In this document: piece by piece, positions 27,627 through 37,253 of the stretch
Layout of the letters: each line of letters begins with the position of its first letter
Position numbering within the stretch: the stretch's first letter is position 1
Assembly: GCA_963803755.1 (NCBI GenBank)
Contig: CAWDNP010000012.1
Span: 111,307 to 175,306, forward strand
DNA length: 64,000 nucleotides
Reading direction: 5' to 3'
DNA from: an uncultured Solirubrobacterales bacterium
Lineage (GTDB): Bacteria > Actinomycetota > Thermoleophilia > Solirubrobacterales > 70-9
The notes under the pieces: model-generated
The model's input: only the letters and a program-made list of their open reading frames with translations
The model's database searches: none
Told to the model about the DNA's origin: nothing
Made by a program: the position numbers and the translations under genes

Positions 27627-28515
27627 CGCGGGCCGGCTTCATCGGGCTCGCCGGCCGTCCCAACGTCGGCAAGTCGACGCTGGTCAACGCGATCGTCGGC
27701 TCCCGGGTGGCGATCGTCTCAATGCGGCCGCAGACGACGCGGCGGGCGATCCGCGGCGTCGCCACCGACCTCGAAGCCGGTCGCCAGCTCGTCCTCGTTG
27801 ACCTGCCGGGAGTGCAGCGCCCGCGCGACGTCCTCACCGAGCGGATGCAGCGCCGGGTCGAGCGGGAGCTGGCCGACTCCGATCTGGCGCTGATCGTCGT
27901 CAACGGGGAGGAGGGGGTGGGGCCGGGCGATCGCTTCATCGCCAGGGCTCTGCTGGGGGCGGGCACGAGGCTGCCGGTCCTCTGCGCGGTGAACAAGTCC
28001 GACCGGGTAGGGCCGAACGAGCTGGTGCCCGTGCTCGCCGCGGCCGCGGAGCTGGGGGAGTCGACGAGGTCTTCCCGATCAGCGCGCGCAGCGGCGAGGG
28101 GCTGGAGGCGCTGGTCGAGCGCCTGGGGGAGCTGTTGCCGGAGGGCCCGTACCTGTACCCGCCGGAGGACCACAGCGACCAGTCGAGCGAGGTGCTGCTC
28201 GCCGAGCTGATCCGCGAGCAGGTGCTGAACCGCACCCGGGAGGAGATTCCCCACTCGGTCGAGGTCTCGGTGAAGGAGATCGCGTCACGGGATGACGGGC
28301 TGGTCCTCGTCCGCGCCGAGATCTGGGCGGAGACGGAGTCCCAGAAGGGCATCCTGATCGGCAGGGGCGGCGCCAAGGTCGGCGAGATCGGTGCCGCCGC
28401 GCGCCGCTCACTTGAAGGTGAGCTCGATACCAAGGTCCACCTCGACCTCCAGGTCCGCGTCCGCCACCGCTGGCGCCGCGACGAGGACCTGCTCGACCGC
28501 CTGGGAATCGAATAG
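27623..28515 (+). pseudogene. era: GTPase Era, frame broken as sequenced near 28058-28061
   Basis: The G domain (GRPNVGKST, DLPG, NKSD) in ORF 27623.. is conserved up to ...AAAAELGE. The continuation (V)DEVFPISARSGEGLEALVERLGELLPEGPYLYPPED plus the KH domain (ORF 28135..28515) is in the -1 frame. Confidence 0.88.
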
Positions 28516-28539
28516 GCGCCTGCCAACTACGATTGCTTG

Positions 28540-29208
28540 ATGTACGAAAGCGTTTCCTTTAGGTACGAAGGTGTTTATTTCGACGAGCACGGCTTGGTGC
28601 CGTGCGTCGCCCAGGACTTCTCCAGCGGCGAGGTGCTGACCCTTGCCTACATGAGCGAGGAGTCGCTGCGGTTGACCGTGGAGACTGGAGAGGTTCACTT
28701 CTACAGCCGCTCGCGCGAGGAGATCTGGCGAAAGGGAGAAGCCTCAGGGAACGTGCTGCGACTGCGGCAGCTCCGCTATGACTGCGACGGGGACGCGATC
28801 GTCGCCCTGGTAGAGCCGACCGGCCCCGCCTGTCACACGGGGGAGCGCAGCTGCTTCTATCGCACGCTCGGCGGTTCCGCGTCAACCGAGAAGGATGCTC
28901 CCGCGAAGCCTGATGAGCCCTCTCCCGTCGCCCACGAGGCGCTGGCGGCCCTGGAGCAAACCCTGCACAGCCGTGCCGCTGAGCGCCCCGAGGGCAGCTA
29001 CACCGTGAAGTTGCTCGACGACCCGAGGTTGATCGCCGAGAAGGTCGAAGAGGAGGCCGAGGAGGTCATCCGCGCCGCGCGCGAGGAGTCAGACGAGCGG
29101 GTTGCCGAGGAGGCGGCCGACCTGCTCTACCACCTCAGCGTCCTGCTGGCCTCTCGCGAGGTACCGCAATCCGCCGTGATGGAAGTGCTCAATGGCCGTC
29201 GCGGCTGA
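28540..29208 (+). CDS. hisI: Bifunctional phosphoribosyl-AMP cyclohydrolase / phosphoribosyl-ATP pyrophosphatase (HisIE)
   Basis: HisI part: VPCVAQDFSSGEVLTLAYMSEESL...CDGDAIVALVEPTGPACHTGERSCF. HisE part: SYTVKLLDDP...EEAADLLYHLSVLL. Confidence 0.88.
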   Translation: MYESVSFRYEGVYFDEHGLVPCVAQDFSSGEVLTLAYMSEESLRLTVETGEVHFYSRSREEIWRKGEASGNVLRLRQLRYDCDGDAIVALVEPTGPACHTGERSCFYRTLGGSASTEKDAPAKPDEPSPVAHEALAALEQTLHSRAAERPEGSYTVKLLDDPRLIAEKVEEEAEEVIRAAREESDERVAEEAADLLYHLSVLLASREVPQSAVMEVLNGRRG

Positions 29209-30700
29209 GTCTGAGTTGCGGCTAGAGCCGAGCCTGGAGGAGGCGCGGCGGCTCGCCGTGCAGGGCAACGTCGTCCCCATCCGTGCCTGTATCGTCGACG
29301 ATTGCGAGACGCCGGTATCGGCATTTCTCAAGCTGCGCGCCGGCGAGCCAAGGGGGGCGCCCTGCTTCCTGCTGGAGTCGGCCGAGCAGGGCCAGGTCGG
29401 CCGCTACTCGTTCGTCGGCTTCCGGCCGCGCTCGGTGTTGCGCTGGAGTAACGACGTGCTCTCGGAGTCCGGCCGCGAGGACTGCGACGCCCCCGATCCA
29501 TACGCCGTGGTCGCCGAGCGCCTCTCCGCGTTCCGCCCCGCCCCGGTCGAGGGCCTGCCGCCCTTCGCCGGTGGCGCGGTCGGCTTCTTTGGCTATGACC
29601 TGGTGCGCACGGTCGAGCCGCTGGGCGAGCCCAACCCCGATCCGCTCGGCCTGCCGGACATGGCGCTGATGGTCACCGACGCGATGCTGGTCTTCGATCA
29701 CCTGAGCCACGAGCTGACGATCCTCGCCTGCGCATTCGCCGACTCCGACGGCGGAATCGAGAGCGCCTACGCCCGCGCCGCCGAGCAGATCGCCGACGCC
29801 CGCCGCCTCCTGCGCGGCGCGGTACCGGTGCCTGAGCGCCCCGCCCTCGCCGAGCCGCCGCATTTCGCCTCCAACATGGAGCGTGAGCACTTCGAAGCCG
29901 CGGTCGCGCGGATCGTCGAGTACGTCCACGCCGGGGACGCCTTCCAGGTTGTTCCCTCGCAGCGCTTCTCGGCGCCGGCACCGGTCGAGGCGTTCTCGAT
30001 CTACCGTGGCCTGCGCGCCGTCAACCCCTCTCCCTACATGTACTTCCTCGAGTTCGGCGACTTCCAGATCGCCGGCGCCTCGCCCGAGCCGCTGGTCAAG
30101 GTCCACGGTGACCGGGTGGAGACTCGCCCGATCGCCGGCACCTACCCGCGCGGGGCCAACGAGGAGGAGGACCGCCGCCTCGCCGAGCGCCTCGTCAACG
30201 ACCCCAAGGAGCGGGCTGAGCACGTGATGCTGGTCGACCTCGGCCGCAACGACCTGGGGAGGGTCTGCGAGTACGGGACGGTGAGCGTCGACGAGCTGAT
30301 GGTGGTCGAGACCTACTCCCACGTCCTGCACATCGTCAGCCAGGTCTCTGGGAGGCTGCGCGAGGGGGTGAGCGCGATGGACGTGCTGCGCTCGGCGCTC
30401 CCCGCTGGCACGCTGTCCGGCGCGCCGAAGGTCCGAGCGATGCAGATCATCGACGAGCTGGAGCCGGTCAAGCGCTGCTCCTACGGCGGCGCGATCGGCT
30501 ACCTCTCCTGGAACGGCGACCTCGACACCGCAATCCACATCCGTACCGTTGTCGTCAAGGACGGCCAGGTCCATGTGCAGGCAGGCGGTGGCACCGTCGC
30601 CGACGCCAAGCCCGCCTATGAGTACAACGAGTCGGTGAACAAGGCGAAGGCGGTCTTCCGCGCGGTGGAGCTCGCCTGCGAGCAACCCGATTGGCCGTAG
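29192..30700 (+). CDS. trpE: Anthranilate synthase component I
   Basis: 502 aa with LVDLGRNDLGRV, GTLSGAPKVRAMQII and YGGAIGY motifs. Start overlaps the hisIE end by 17 nt. Confidence 0.92.
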   Translation: MAVAAESELRLEPSLEEARRLAVQGNVVPIRACIVDDCETPVSAFLKLRAGEPRGAPCFLLESAEQGQVGRYSFVGFRPRSVLRWSNDVLSESGREDCDAPDPYAVVAERLSAFRPAPVEGLPPFAGGAVGFFGYDLVRTVEPLGEPNPDPLGLPDMALMVTDAMLVFDHLSHELTILACAFADSDGGIESAYARAAEQIADARRLLRGAVPVPERPALAEPPHFASNMEREHFEAAVARIVEYVHAGDAFQVVPSQRFSAPAPVEAFSIYRGLRAVNPSPYMYFLEFGDFQIAGASPEPLVKVHGDRVETRPIAGTYPRGANEEEDRRLAERLVNDPKERAEHVMLVDLGRNDLGRVCEYGTVSVDELMVVETYSHVLHIVSQVSGRLREGVSAMDVLRSALPAGTLSGAPKVRAMQIIDELEPVKRCSYGGAIGYLSWNGDLDTAIHIRTVVVKDGQVHVQAGGGTVADAKPAYEYNESVNKAKAVFRAVELACEQPDWP

Positions 30701-30703
30701 CGA

Positions 30704-31267
30704 ATGCGCGTTCTGATAATCGACAACTACGACTCCTTCACTTACAACCTCGTCCAGTATCTGGGCGAGCTGGGAGCAGAGATCGAGGTTGTGCGCAACG
30801 ACAAGGCGACCGTGCCCGAACTGCTGGAGCGTCGCCCCGGCCGCCTCGTCGTCTCGCCCGGCCCCTGCACACCCGCTGAGGCGGGGGTCTCGGTCAAGGC
30901 GATCCGCGCCTTCGCCGAGGCTGGCACGCCCGTGCTCGGGGTCTGCCTCGGGCACCAGGCGATGGTCGAGGCGTTTGGCGGGCGCGTCGTCCAAGGCGAA
31001 CCGGTCCACGGCAAGGACGCCGAGGTCACCCACGACGGCCGGACGATTTACGCTGGCCTGCCGAGTCCGCTCCTCGCCGGGCGCTACCACTCGCTCGTCG
31101 CCGACCCCGACCTGCCGGCGGAGCTGGAGTTGAGCGCCAGGCTGGGCGATGTCGTGATGGGTGCCCGCCATCGCAAGCTGCCGGCGGAGGGCGTCCAGTT
31201 CCACCCCGAGTCGGTGCTGACCCCGCAGGGCAAGCACCTGCTCGCCAACTTCCTCGGGGAGGGCTGA
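30704..31267 (+). CDS. trpG: Anthranilate synthase component II (glutamine amidotransferase)
   Basis: IDNYDSFTYNLVQYLGELG, the GVCLGHQ catalytic Cys and VQFHPES. Confidence 0.92.
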   Translation: MRVLIIDNYDSFTYNLVQYLGELGAEIEVVRNDKATVPELLERRPGRLVVSPGPCTPAEAGVSVKAIRAFAEAGTPVLGVCLGHQAMVEAFGGRVVQGEPVHGKDAEVTHDGRTIYAGLPSPLLAGRYHSLVADPDLPAELELSARLGDVVMGARHRKLPAEGVQFHPESVLTPQGKHLLANFLGEG

Positions 31268-32295
31268 TGCCCAACGAAGTGGTGACCCGCGCGATTGACG
31301 CCGTCTGTCGCGGCGACCACCTCACCGTCGACCACGCCTCCGCGGTGCTGGCCGAGATCATGGAGGGGCGCACCGACCCTGTCCAGACCGGCGCCTTCCT
31401 GATCGCCCTGCGCGCCAAGGGGGAGACGGTGCCTGAGCTGGTCGGCTTGGCGCGGACGATGCGGGCGCTCGCCTCCCACGTCAGCGTCGAGCGGGCCGAC
31501 CTGCTCGACACCGCAGGCACGGGCGGCGGTCCCTCCACCTTCAACGTCTCCACCACGGCGGCGCTGGTCGCAGCCGGCGCCGGCTGCGCCGTCGCCAAGC
31601 ACGGCAACCGCTCCAACACGAGCAGGTGCGGCTCTGCCGACCTGCTCGAGGCTTTGGGGGTGAACATCGACCTCGGTCCCGCCGCGGTCGCCCGCTGCAT
31701 CGATGAGGTCGGCTTCGGCTTCATGTTCGCTCCCCGCCACCACGCGGCGATGGCCCACGTGGTGGCGGTCCGCAAAGAGCTGGGGGTGAGGACGATCTTC
31801 AACTTCCTCGGTCCCCTGACCAACCCCGCAGGCGCCGAGCGCCAGCTGCTCGGCGTCTCCGACCGCCACTACCAGGAGACGATCGCCGAGGCGCTGGTAG
31901 GCCTCGGTTCCGTGCGGGCGATGGTGGTCGCGGCCGAGGACGGCGTTGATGAGCTCTCGATCTCGGCGCGGACCCGGGTGATCGAGGTCGCCGAGGGCAG
32001 CACCTCGGAGTGGTTCGTGGAACCGGGCGAGCTCGGACTGGCCGAGGCCAAGCTGGAGGAGGTCGCTGGCGGCACGCCGGAGGAGAACGCCGCTGTCTCG
32101 CGCGCCGTCCTGGAGGGCGAGAGAGGCTCGCGCCGCGACCTCGTCCTGCTCAACGCCGGCGCCGCGATCTACGTCGGGGGCCTCGCCGCTGACCTCGGCG
32201 AGGGGGTTGCCAAGGCCGCCGCCGCGATCGACTCGGGCGCAGCCCGCCACGTGCTCGATCGCCTTATCGCAACTACCGCCGAGCTCCGCGACTAG
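31267..32295 (+). CDS. trpD: Anthranilate phosphoribosyltransferase
   Basis: LDTAGTGGGPSTFNVST, VAKHGNRS and NFLGPLTNPAG motifs. Confidence 0.92.
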   Translation: MPNEVVTRAIDAVCRGDHLTVDHASAVLAEIMEGRTDPVQTGAFLIALRAKGETVPELVGLARTMRALASHVSVERADLLDTAGTGGGPSTFNVSTTAALVAAGAGCAVAKHGNRSNTSRCGSADLLEALGVNIDLGPAAVARCIDEVGFGFMFAPRHHAAMAHVVAVRKELGVRTIFNFLGPLTNPAGAERQLLGVSDRHYQETIAEALVGLGSVRAMVVAAEDGVDELSISARTRVIEVAEGSTSEWFVEPGELGLAEAKLEEVAGGTPEENAAVSRAVLEGERGSRRDLVLLNAGAAIYVGGLAADLGEGVAKAAAAIDSGAARHVLDRLIATTAELRD

Positions 32296-32309
32296 GCTCT
32301 GCCGATCAA

Positions 32310-33098
32310 GTGGGCACGATCGAGCAGCTCATCTCCGTCGCCCGCCAGGGTGTGAACCGCCGCCGCCTCGAGGTCCCTCAGGCCGACCTCGAGGCACGGC
32401 TCTCTGAGCAGGGCGGAAGCCGCCCCTTCGGCGAGGCACTGGCCCGCCCTGGCCTCTCTCTGATCGCCGAGTTCAAGCGGCGCTCGCCCAGCGCCGGGGA
32501 GATCTCTCCCACGGCCCAGGTGGCCGATCGGGTTGGAGCCTATGAGAGGGGGGGCGCGACGGCGCTCTCGATCCTGACCGATGAGACCAACTTCGGTGGC
32601 TCGCTCGAGGACCTGCGCACCGCCCGGATGGCCTGCGGCTTGCCGATCCTCCGCAAGGACTTCATGGTCGACCCCTACCAGCTCTATGAGGCGGCGGTCA
32701 ACGGTGCCGACGCGGTCCTGTTGATCGTCCGCGCTCTCGACGATCATGCCCTGCGCTCGATGCACGAGGAGGCACGCGCAATCGACCTTGACTGCCTGGT
32801 GGAGGTTCACGATGCGGCGGAGCTGGAGCGGGCGCTGGAACTGGGCGCCGACGTGATCGGGATCAACAACCGCGATCTCGACGAGGGAACGGTTGACGTC
32901 TCCACCACCTACGAGCTGATGCCGGGCGTGCCGGCGGGCAAGACGGTCGTCGCCGAGAGCGGGATCTCGACGCGGGAGGAGCTGACGGAGCTGGAGCGAG
33001 CGGGCGTCGACGCCGCGCTGATCGGCGGGGCGCTGATGGAAGCTGCCGACCCCGAGGCGAAGGCTCGCGAGCTGACCGGCGCCGGCGAGAGCCAGTGA
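32310..33098 (+). CDS. trpC: Indole-3-glycerol phosphate synthase
   Basis: LIAEFKRRSPSAGEI, ILRKDFMVDPYQ and IGINNRDL motifs. GTG start. Confidence 0.9.
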   Translation: MGTIEQLISVARQGVNRRRLEVPQADLEARLSEQGGSRPFGEALARPGLSLIAEFKRRSPSAGEISPTAQVADRVGAYERGGATALSILTDETNFGGSLEDLRTARMACGLPILRKDFMVDPYQLYEAAVNGADAVLLIVRALDDHALRSMHEEARAIDLDCLVEVHDAAELERALELGADVIGINNRDLDEGTVDVSTTYELMPGVPAGKTVVAESGISTREELTELERAGVDAALIGGALMEAADPEAKARELTGAGESQ

Positions 33099-33123
33099 GC
33101 ACTCGCGCCCCTGAGCGGGCCCC

Positions 33124-33160
33124 GTCGAATTTAAGAATTCTTTTAGGGTTGTTTAGGGGC
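33124..33160 (+). promoter_or_regulatory. AT-rich putative regulatory region upstream of the htrA-like gene (inverted repeat plus tandem direct repeat)
   Basis: GAATT-taag-AATTC (33127-33140) is followed by TTTTAGGG-ttg-TTTAGGGG (33141-33159), i.e. 11-bp-phased direct repeats about 30 nt before ATG 33190. The segment stands out in a GC-rich background. Confidence 0.35.
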
Positions 33161-33189
33161 GACTCAGCGCTGCCCCGGACCATCGCCAC

Positions 33190-34437
33190 ATGACACACAG
33201 GGCGCAGCGCTTCTTCCGCACCCCTTTCGGCTCGGCCCTATTGGGGGGCGCCGTCGTCGGAGTTTTCGGCTGGATCGCGATCGCCGCCGGCTGGATCGAG
33301 GCGCAGGGCGGCTCGACCACGACGATCGCCGCGCCCCTGGCTACCCCCGCCTCCAGCAAGAGCGGCAACCCCAACGTCGTCAACCAGATCTACCGCCGCG
33401 ACGGGCAAGGGGTCGCCTTCATCCAGGCCGAAATTCCCGCCAAGCGCTCCCCCTCGCCGTTCGGGCCGTTCGGAGAAGAATCGGAAAAGGAAAGCGGCGG
33501 CACCGCGACCGGCTCCGGCATCGTCATCGACTCCAACGGCCATATCCTCACCAACAACCACGTGATCGCCGGTGCCAGCCACATCCAGGTCAAACTGGGT
33601 GCCTCAAACACCTCCTACAACGCCACCGTGGTCGGCACCGACCCGGCGACGGACCTGGCGCTGCTCAAGGTGAATGCTCCATCCGACCAGCTCCACCCAC
33701 TGTCGCTCGGTAACTCCTCGAAGATCGAAGTCGGCGACCCGGTGGTCGCAATCGGCAACCCCTTCGGTCTCGATCGAACCGTTACCAGCGGCATCGTCTC
33801 GGCGCTTCAGCGCCAGATCCAGGCCCCCGACGGCTTCTCGATCTCCAACGTGATCCAGACCGATGCTGCGATCAACCCCGGCAACTCGGGCGGACCGCTG
33901 ATCGAAGCTGCTGGCAACGTGATCGGGATCAACTCGCAGATCGAGACCGGCGGCAGCGGCAGCGACGGCAACGTCGGCATCGGCTTCGCGATCCCGATCA
34001 ACACAGCACGGGAAGAGATCAGCCAGCTGGAGACGACGGGCAAGGTCAAGCACGCGTTCCTCGGTATCACCGGGACCAGCGTCACCCCGGCCCTGGCCCA
34101 GGCGGTCAACCTGCCGGTCAAGGAAGGCGTGCTCGTCCAAGAAGTGGTCAAGAACGGTCCCGCCGACAAGGCGGGTATCCAGGGCGGCACCACCGCGGCG
34201 ACGATCGACGGCGCCAACTTCAGTCTCGGTGGCGACATCATCACCAAGATCAACGGCAAGAAGATCTCCTCGATGGACGAAGTGGTCAGCATCGTCAACG
34301 CCGCCAAGCCGGGAGAATCGCTCGAAGTCACGGTGCTGCGTGGCGGCTCGACCAAGACGGTGACCGTAACGCTGGGCGAACGCCCCGCGTCGATCCGCGA
34401 CGCTCAGTCCGGGTCGATCGGCCCCCTGGGCAAATAG
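33190..34437 (+). CDS. HtrA/DegP-family trypsin-like serine protease with C-terminal PDZ domain
   Basis: N-terminal TM anchor, catalytic triad contexts (TNNHVI, DLALLKV, GNSGGPL) and a PDZ domain (GDIITKINGKKISSMDEVVSIV). Confidence 0.88.
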   Translation: MTHRAQRFFRTPFGSALLGGAVVGVFGWIAIAAGWIEAQGGSTTTIAAPLATPASSKSGNPNVVNQIYRRDGQGVAFIQAEIPAKRSPSPFGPFGEESEKESGGTATGSGIVIDSNGHILTNNHVIAGASHIQVKLGASNTSYNATVVGTDPATDLALLKVNAPSDQLHPLSLGNSSKIEVGDPVVAIGNPFGLDRTVTSGIVSALQRQIQAPDGFSISNVIQTDAAINPGNSGGPLIEAAGNVIGINSQIETGGSGSDGNVGIGFAIPINTAREEISQLETTGKVKHAFLGITGTSVTPALAQAVNLPVKEGVLVQEVVKNGPADKAGIQGGTTAATIDGANFSLGGDIITKINGKKISSMDEVVSIVNAAKPGESLEVTVLRGGSTKTVTVTLGERPASIRDAQSGSIGPLGK

Positions 34438-34455
34438 CTCCCGTACCCTGGAGGG

Positions 34456-35091
34456 GTGCGGGTCAAGATCTGCGGAGTCACGAGCCTAGACGACGCCGCC
34501 GAGGCGGTGCGCCTCGGGGCGTGGGCAGTCGGCCTCGTCCACTACGAGGACAGCCCGCGGCGATGCGAGCCGGACCGGGCGGCCAAGATCGGCGCAGCGT
34601 TCCGTCGCAAGTGCGAGGTGGCGGGCGTCTTCGTCAACCCGGAGCTGGAGGAGGTGGACAAGGCGGTCGAGAGCGCCGGCCTGACCATGGTGCAGCTGAA
34701 CGGGGGGGAGGGTCCCTCGTTCTGCGCCGAGGTGGCGCGGCGGACTGGGGTTAAGGTGGTGAAGGCGGTCCATGTCGCCAGCGCCGCCAACATCCACGCG
34801 GCCGAGGCCTACCGCACCGACTTCCACCTCTTTGACCGACGCAGCCGGGGCCTCTGGGGCGGGACCGGGGAGAGCTTTGATTGGGGGCTGCTGGCCGAGC
34901 GTCGCTCCGAGGTGCCGGCGATCCTCGCCGGCGGCTTGCGCCCCGAGAACGTCGCCGAGGCGATCGCGGTCACCCATCCCTACGCGGTCGACGTCGCGAG
35001 CGGGGTGGAGGCCGAGCCCGGCCGCAAGGACCACGCGAGGATGGCCGCTTTCTTCGAGGCCGCCAAGGCCGCTAGCGTCCCCGCCGCATGA
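34456..35091 (+). CDS. trpF: Phosphoribosylanthranilate isomerase
   Basis: [12 protein letters not shown]..., [18 protein letters not shown] and DVASGVE motifs. GTG start. Confidence 0.88.
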   Translation: MRVKICGVTSLDDAAEAVRLGAWAVGLVHYEDSPRRCEPDRAAKIGAAFRRKCEVAGVFVNPELEEVDKAVESAGLTMVQLNGGEGPSFCAEVARRTGVKVVKAVHVASAANIHAAEAYRTDFHLFDRRSRGLWGGTGESFDWGLLAERRSEVPAILAGGLRPENVAEAIAVTHPYAVDVASGVEAEPGRKDHARMAAFFEAAKAASVPAA

Positions 35092-36254
35092 GCGCGGTGG
35101 AGGAGCGGTTCGGGCCCTACGGGGGCCGCTATGTGCCGGAGACGCTGATCCCGGCGCTCGAGGAGCTGACCGCCGCCTGGGCCGCAGCCCGCGAGGATGG
35201 GAAGTTCCAGCGCAAGCTCGCCCTTCTGCACCGCGACTTCATCGGTCGCCCGACGCCGCTCTACCTGGCAGAGCGGCTCTCCGAGCGAGCCGGGCGCACC
35301 GTCTATCTGAAGCGCGAGGACCTCGCCCACACCGGCGCCCATAAGATCAACAACGCGATCGGCCAAGCCCTGCTCGCACAGCGGATGGGCAAGCCCAGGG
35401 TGATCGCCGAGACGGGCGCCGGCCAGCACGGGGTGGCGACGGCGACCGCCTGCGCCCTGCTCGGCCTTAAGTGCGTCGTCTACATGGGGACCGAGGACAT
35501 CCGCCGCCAGGCGCCCAACGTCGACCGGATGCGATTGCTCGGAGCCGAGGTGGTTCCGGTGCAGGCCGGCGCCCGTACCCTGAAGGAGGCGGTCAGCGCC
35601 GCGATCCGCGACTGGGTAGCGAACGTCGAGACGACCCACTACGTAATTGGCTCCGCGGTCGGGCCGGCGCCGTTCCCGGCACTGGTGCGCGACCTTCAGA
35701 GGGTGATCGGCGAGGAGGCTCGCGAGCAGGCGCTGGGCGCCGAGGGATCGCTTCCCGCCCGGGTGATCGCCTGCGTTGGCGGCGGCTCCAACTCGATCGG
35801 GATCTTCACCCCGTTCCTGGCCGATGAGGGGGTCGAGCTGATCGGCGTCGAGGCTGCGGGGGAGGGCATGGAGAGCGGCCGCCACGGCGCCTCGCTGCTC
35901 GCCGGCAGAGCGGGGGTCCTGCACGGCTCGCTCTCCTCGGTGATCGCCGACGAGGAAGGCCAGATCCTCGAGGCGCACTCGGTTTCCGCCGGCCTCGACT
36001 ATCCGGGGGTCGGTCCCGAGCACGCCCACCTGCGCGACACAGGTCGGGCCAGCTACTACGCGGTGACCGACGGGCAGGCGCTTGCCGCCTTCACCCAACT
36101 CTCGCGCCTGGAGGGGATCATCCCAGCGCTGGAGTCCTCCCACGCGATCGCCTGGTTGCTTGAGAACAGAGGTGGGGACGGATACGACGTCCTCTGTCTG
36201 TCCGGGCGCGGCGACAAGGACCTGGTCGAGGTGATGGAGCGGACAGGTGGCTGA
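35088..36254 (+). CDS. trpB: Tryptophan synthase beta chain
   Basis: [29 protein letters not shown] (PLP lysine) and GGGSNSIG. Confidence 0.93.
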   Translation: MSAVEERFGPYGGRYVPETLIPALEELTAAWAAAREDGKFQRKLALLHRDFIGRPTPLYLAERLSERAGRTVYLKREDLAHTGAHKINNAIGQALLAQRMGKPRVIAETGAGQHGVATATACALLGLKCVVYMGTEDIRRQAPNVDRMRLLGAEVVPVQAGARTLKEAVSAAIRDWVANVETTHYVIGSAVGPAPFPALVRDLQRVIGEEAREQALGAEGSLPARVIACVGGGSNSIGIFTPFLADEGVELIGVEAAGEGMESGRHGASLLAGRAGVLHGSLSSVIADEEGQILEAHSVSAGLDYPGVGPEHAHLRDTGRASYYAVTDGQALAAFTQLSRLEGIIPALESSHAIAWLLENRGGDGYDVLCLSGRGDKDLVEVMERTGG

Positions 36255-37065
36255 GGCGACCCTGACCGGGGTCGAGCGGATTGCCGGTGCCTTCGACGCC
36301 GCTCGCGCCGAGAGTCGCGCCGCGTTGATGCCATACATGATGGTCGGCTACCCCGACCGCGAGTTCTCGCTGGCGATTGCCGCCGCCTACGCTAACGCGG
36401 GCGCCGATCTGATCGAGCTGGGGGTGCCTTTCTCCGATCCTCTGGCCGACGGCCCGACGATCCACGCCGCCGCAACCGCGGCGCTGGCCGCGGGCGCCAC
36501 CCTGGACACCGCCCTGGAGGCCTGCGCGTCGGTCGCCGACCGGGTGCCAGTCGTCCTCATGGTCTACGCCAACATGGTGCTGGCGCACGGGGGGGCGGCG
36601 GACTTCGCCCGCCGCGCGGCTGATGCCGGCGCCGCCGGCGCGATCGTCCCCGACCTGCCACTCGGCGAGGGGGATGAGGTGCTTGAGGCGTTCTCTGCCG
36701 CCGGGCTGGCGCCGGTGCCGCTGGTCGCGCCGACCACCCCGCCCGAGCGCCGCGCCAGGATCTGCGCCGCCGCCCGGGGCTTCGTCTACGTGGTCTCCAC
36801 GATCGGCACGACGGGCGAGCGCGACGCGCTTCCCCCGGCCCTCTTCGAGCTGGTGTCGGCGACCAAGGCGGAGTCTGAGGTACCGGCGGCCGTCGGCTTC
36901 GGGATCGGGACGCCGCAGCAGGCCGCGCAGGTAGGAGAGGTCGCCGATGGCGTGATCATCGGCAGTCGGCTGGTTCGGGCCGCCGGCGAGGCGGGCTCTC
37001 CGGAGGCGGCCGCGGAAGCCGTTACCGCCTTACTGCGCGAGACGCGCGCCGCCCTCGCAGGTTAG
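36247..37065 (+). CDS. trpA: Tryptophan synthase alpha chain
   Basis: [28 protein letters not shown] and [13 protein letters not shown] start overlaps the trpB end. Confidence 0.9.
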   Translation: MAEATLTGVERIAGAFDAARAESRAALMPYMMVGYPDREFSLAIAAAYANAGADLIELGVPFSDPLADGPTIHAAATAALAAGATLDTALEACASVADRVPVVLMVYANMVLAHGGAADFARRAADAGAAGAIVPDLPLGEGDEVLEAFSAAGLAPVPLVAPTTPPERRARICAAARGFVYVVSTIGTTGERDALPPALFELVSATKAESEVPAAVGFGIGTPQQAAQVGEVADGVIIGSRLVRAAGEAGSPEAAAEAVTALLRETRAALAG

Positions 37066-37076
37066 GATCAGCGCCC

Positions 37077-37223
37077 ATGGGACTGGTCGTAACGCTCTTC
37101 TTGGCGCTCGCCGCGATGACGGTTTCCTACGCCCTCGGCCAGGGCGGCCCGGTGGCCGCGCTCGTCTTTGGCACGGTGCTGCTGATCGGTGCCGCGATCC
37201 GCATCGCCCAGCCGAAGTCCTAG
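37077..37223 (+). CDS. Small hydrophobic ORF (48 aa, 2 predicted TM) downstream of trpA
   Basis: ATG 37077 is preceded by AGGA. Translation is MGLVVTLFLALAAMTVSYALGQGGPVAALVFGTVLLIGAAIRIAQPKS. Below the ORF-track length cutoff and supported only by hydrophobicity pattern and position. Confidence 0.35.
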   Translation: MGLVVTLFLALAAMTVSYALGQGGPVAALVFGTVLLIGAAIRIAQPKS

Positions 37224-37253
37224 CCGCCCGCGGGCAGCTTCTAAGCTGGGCGA

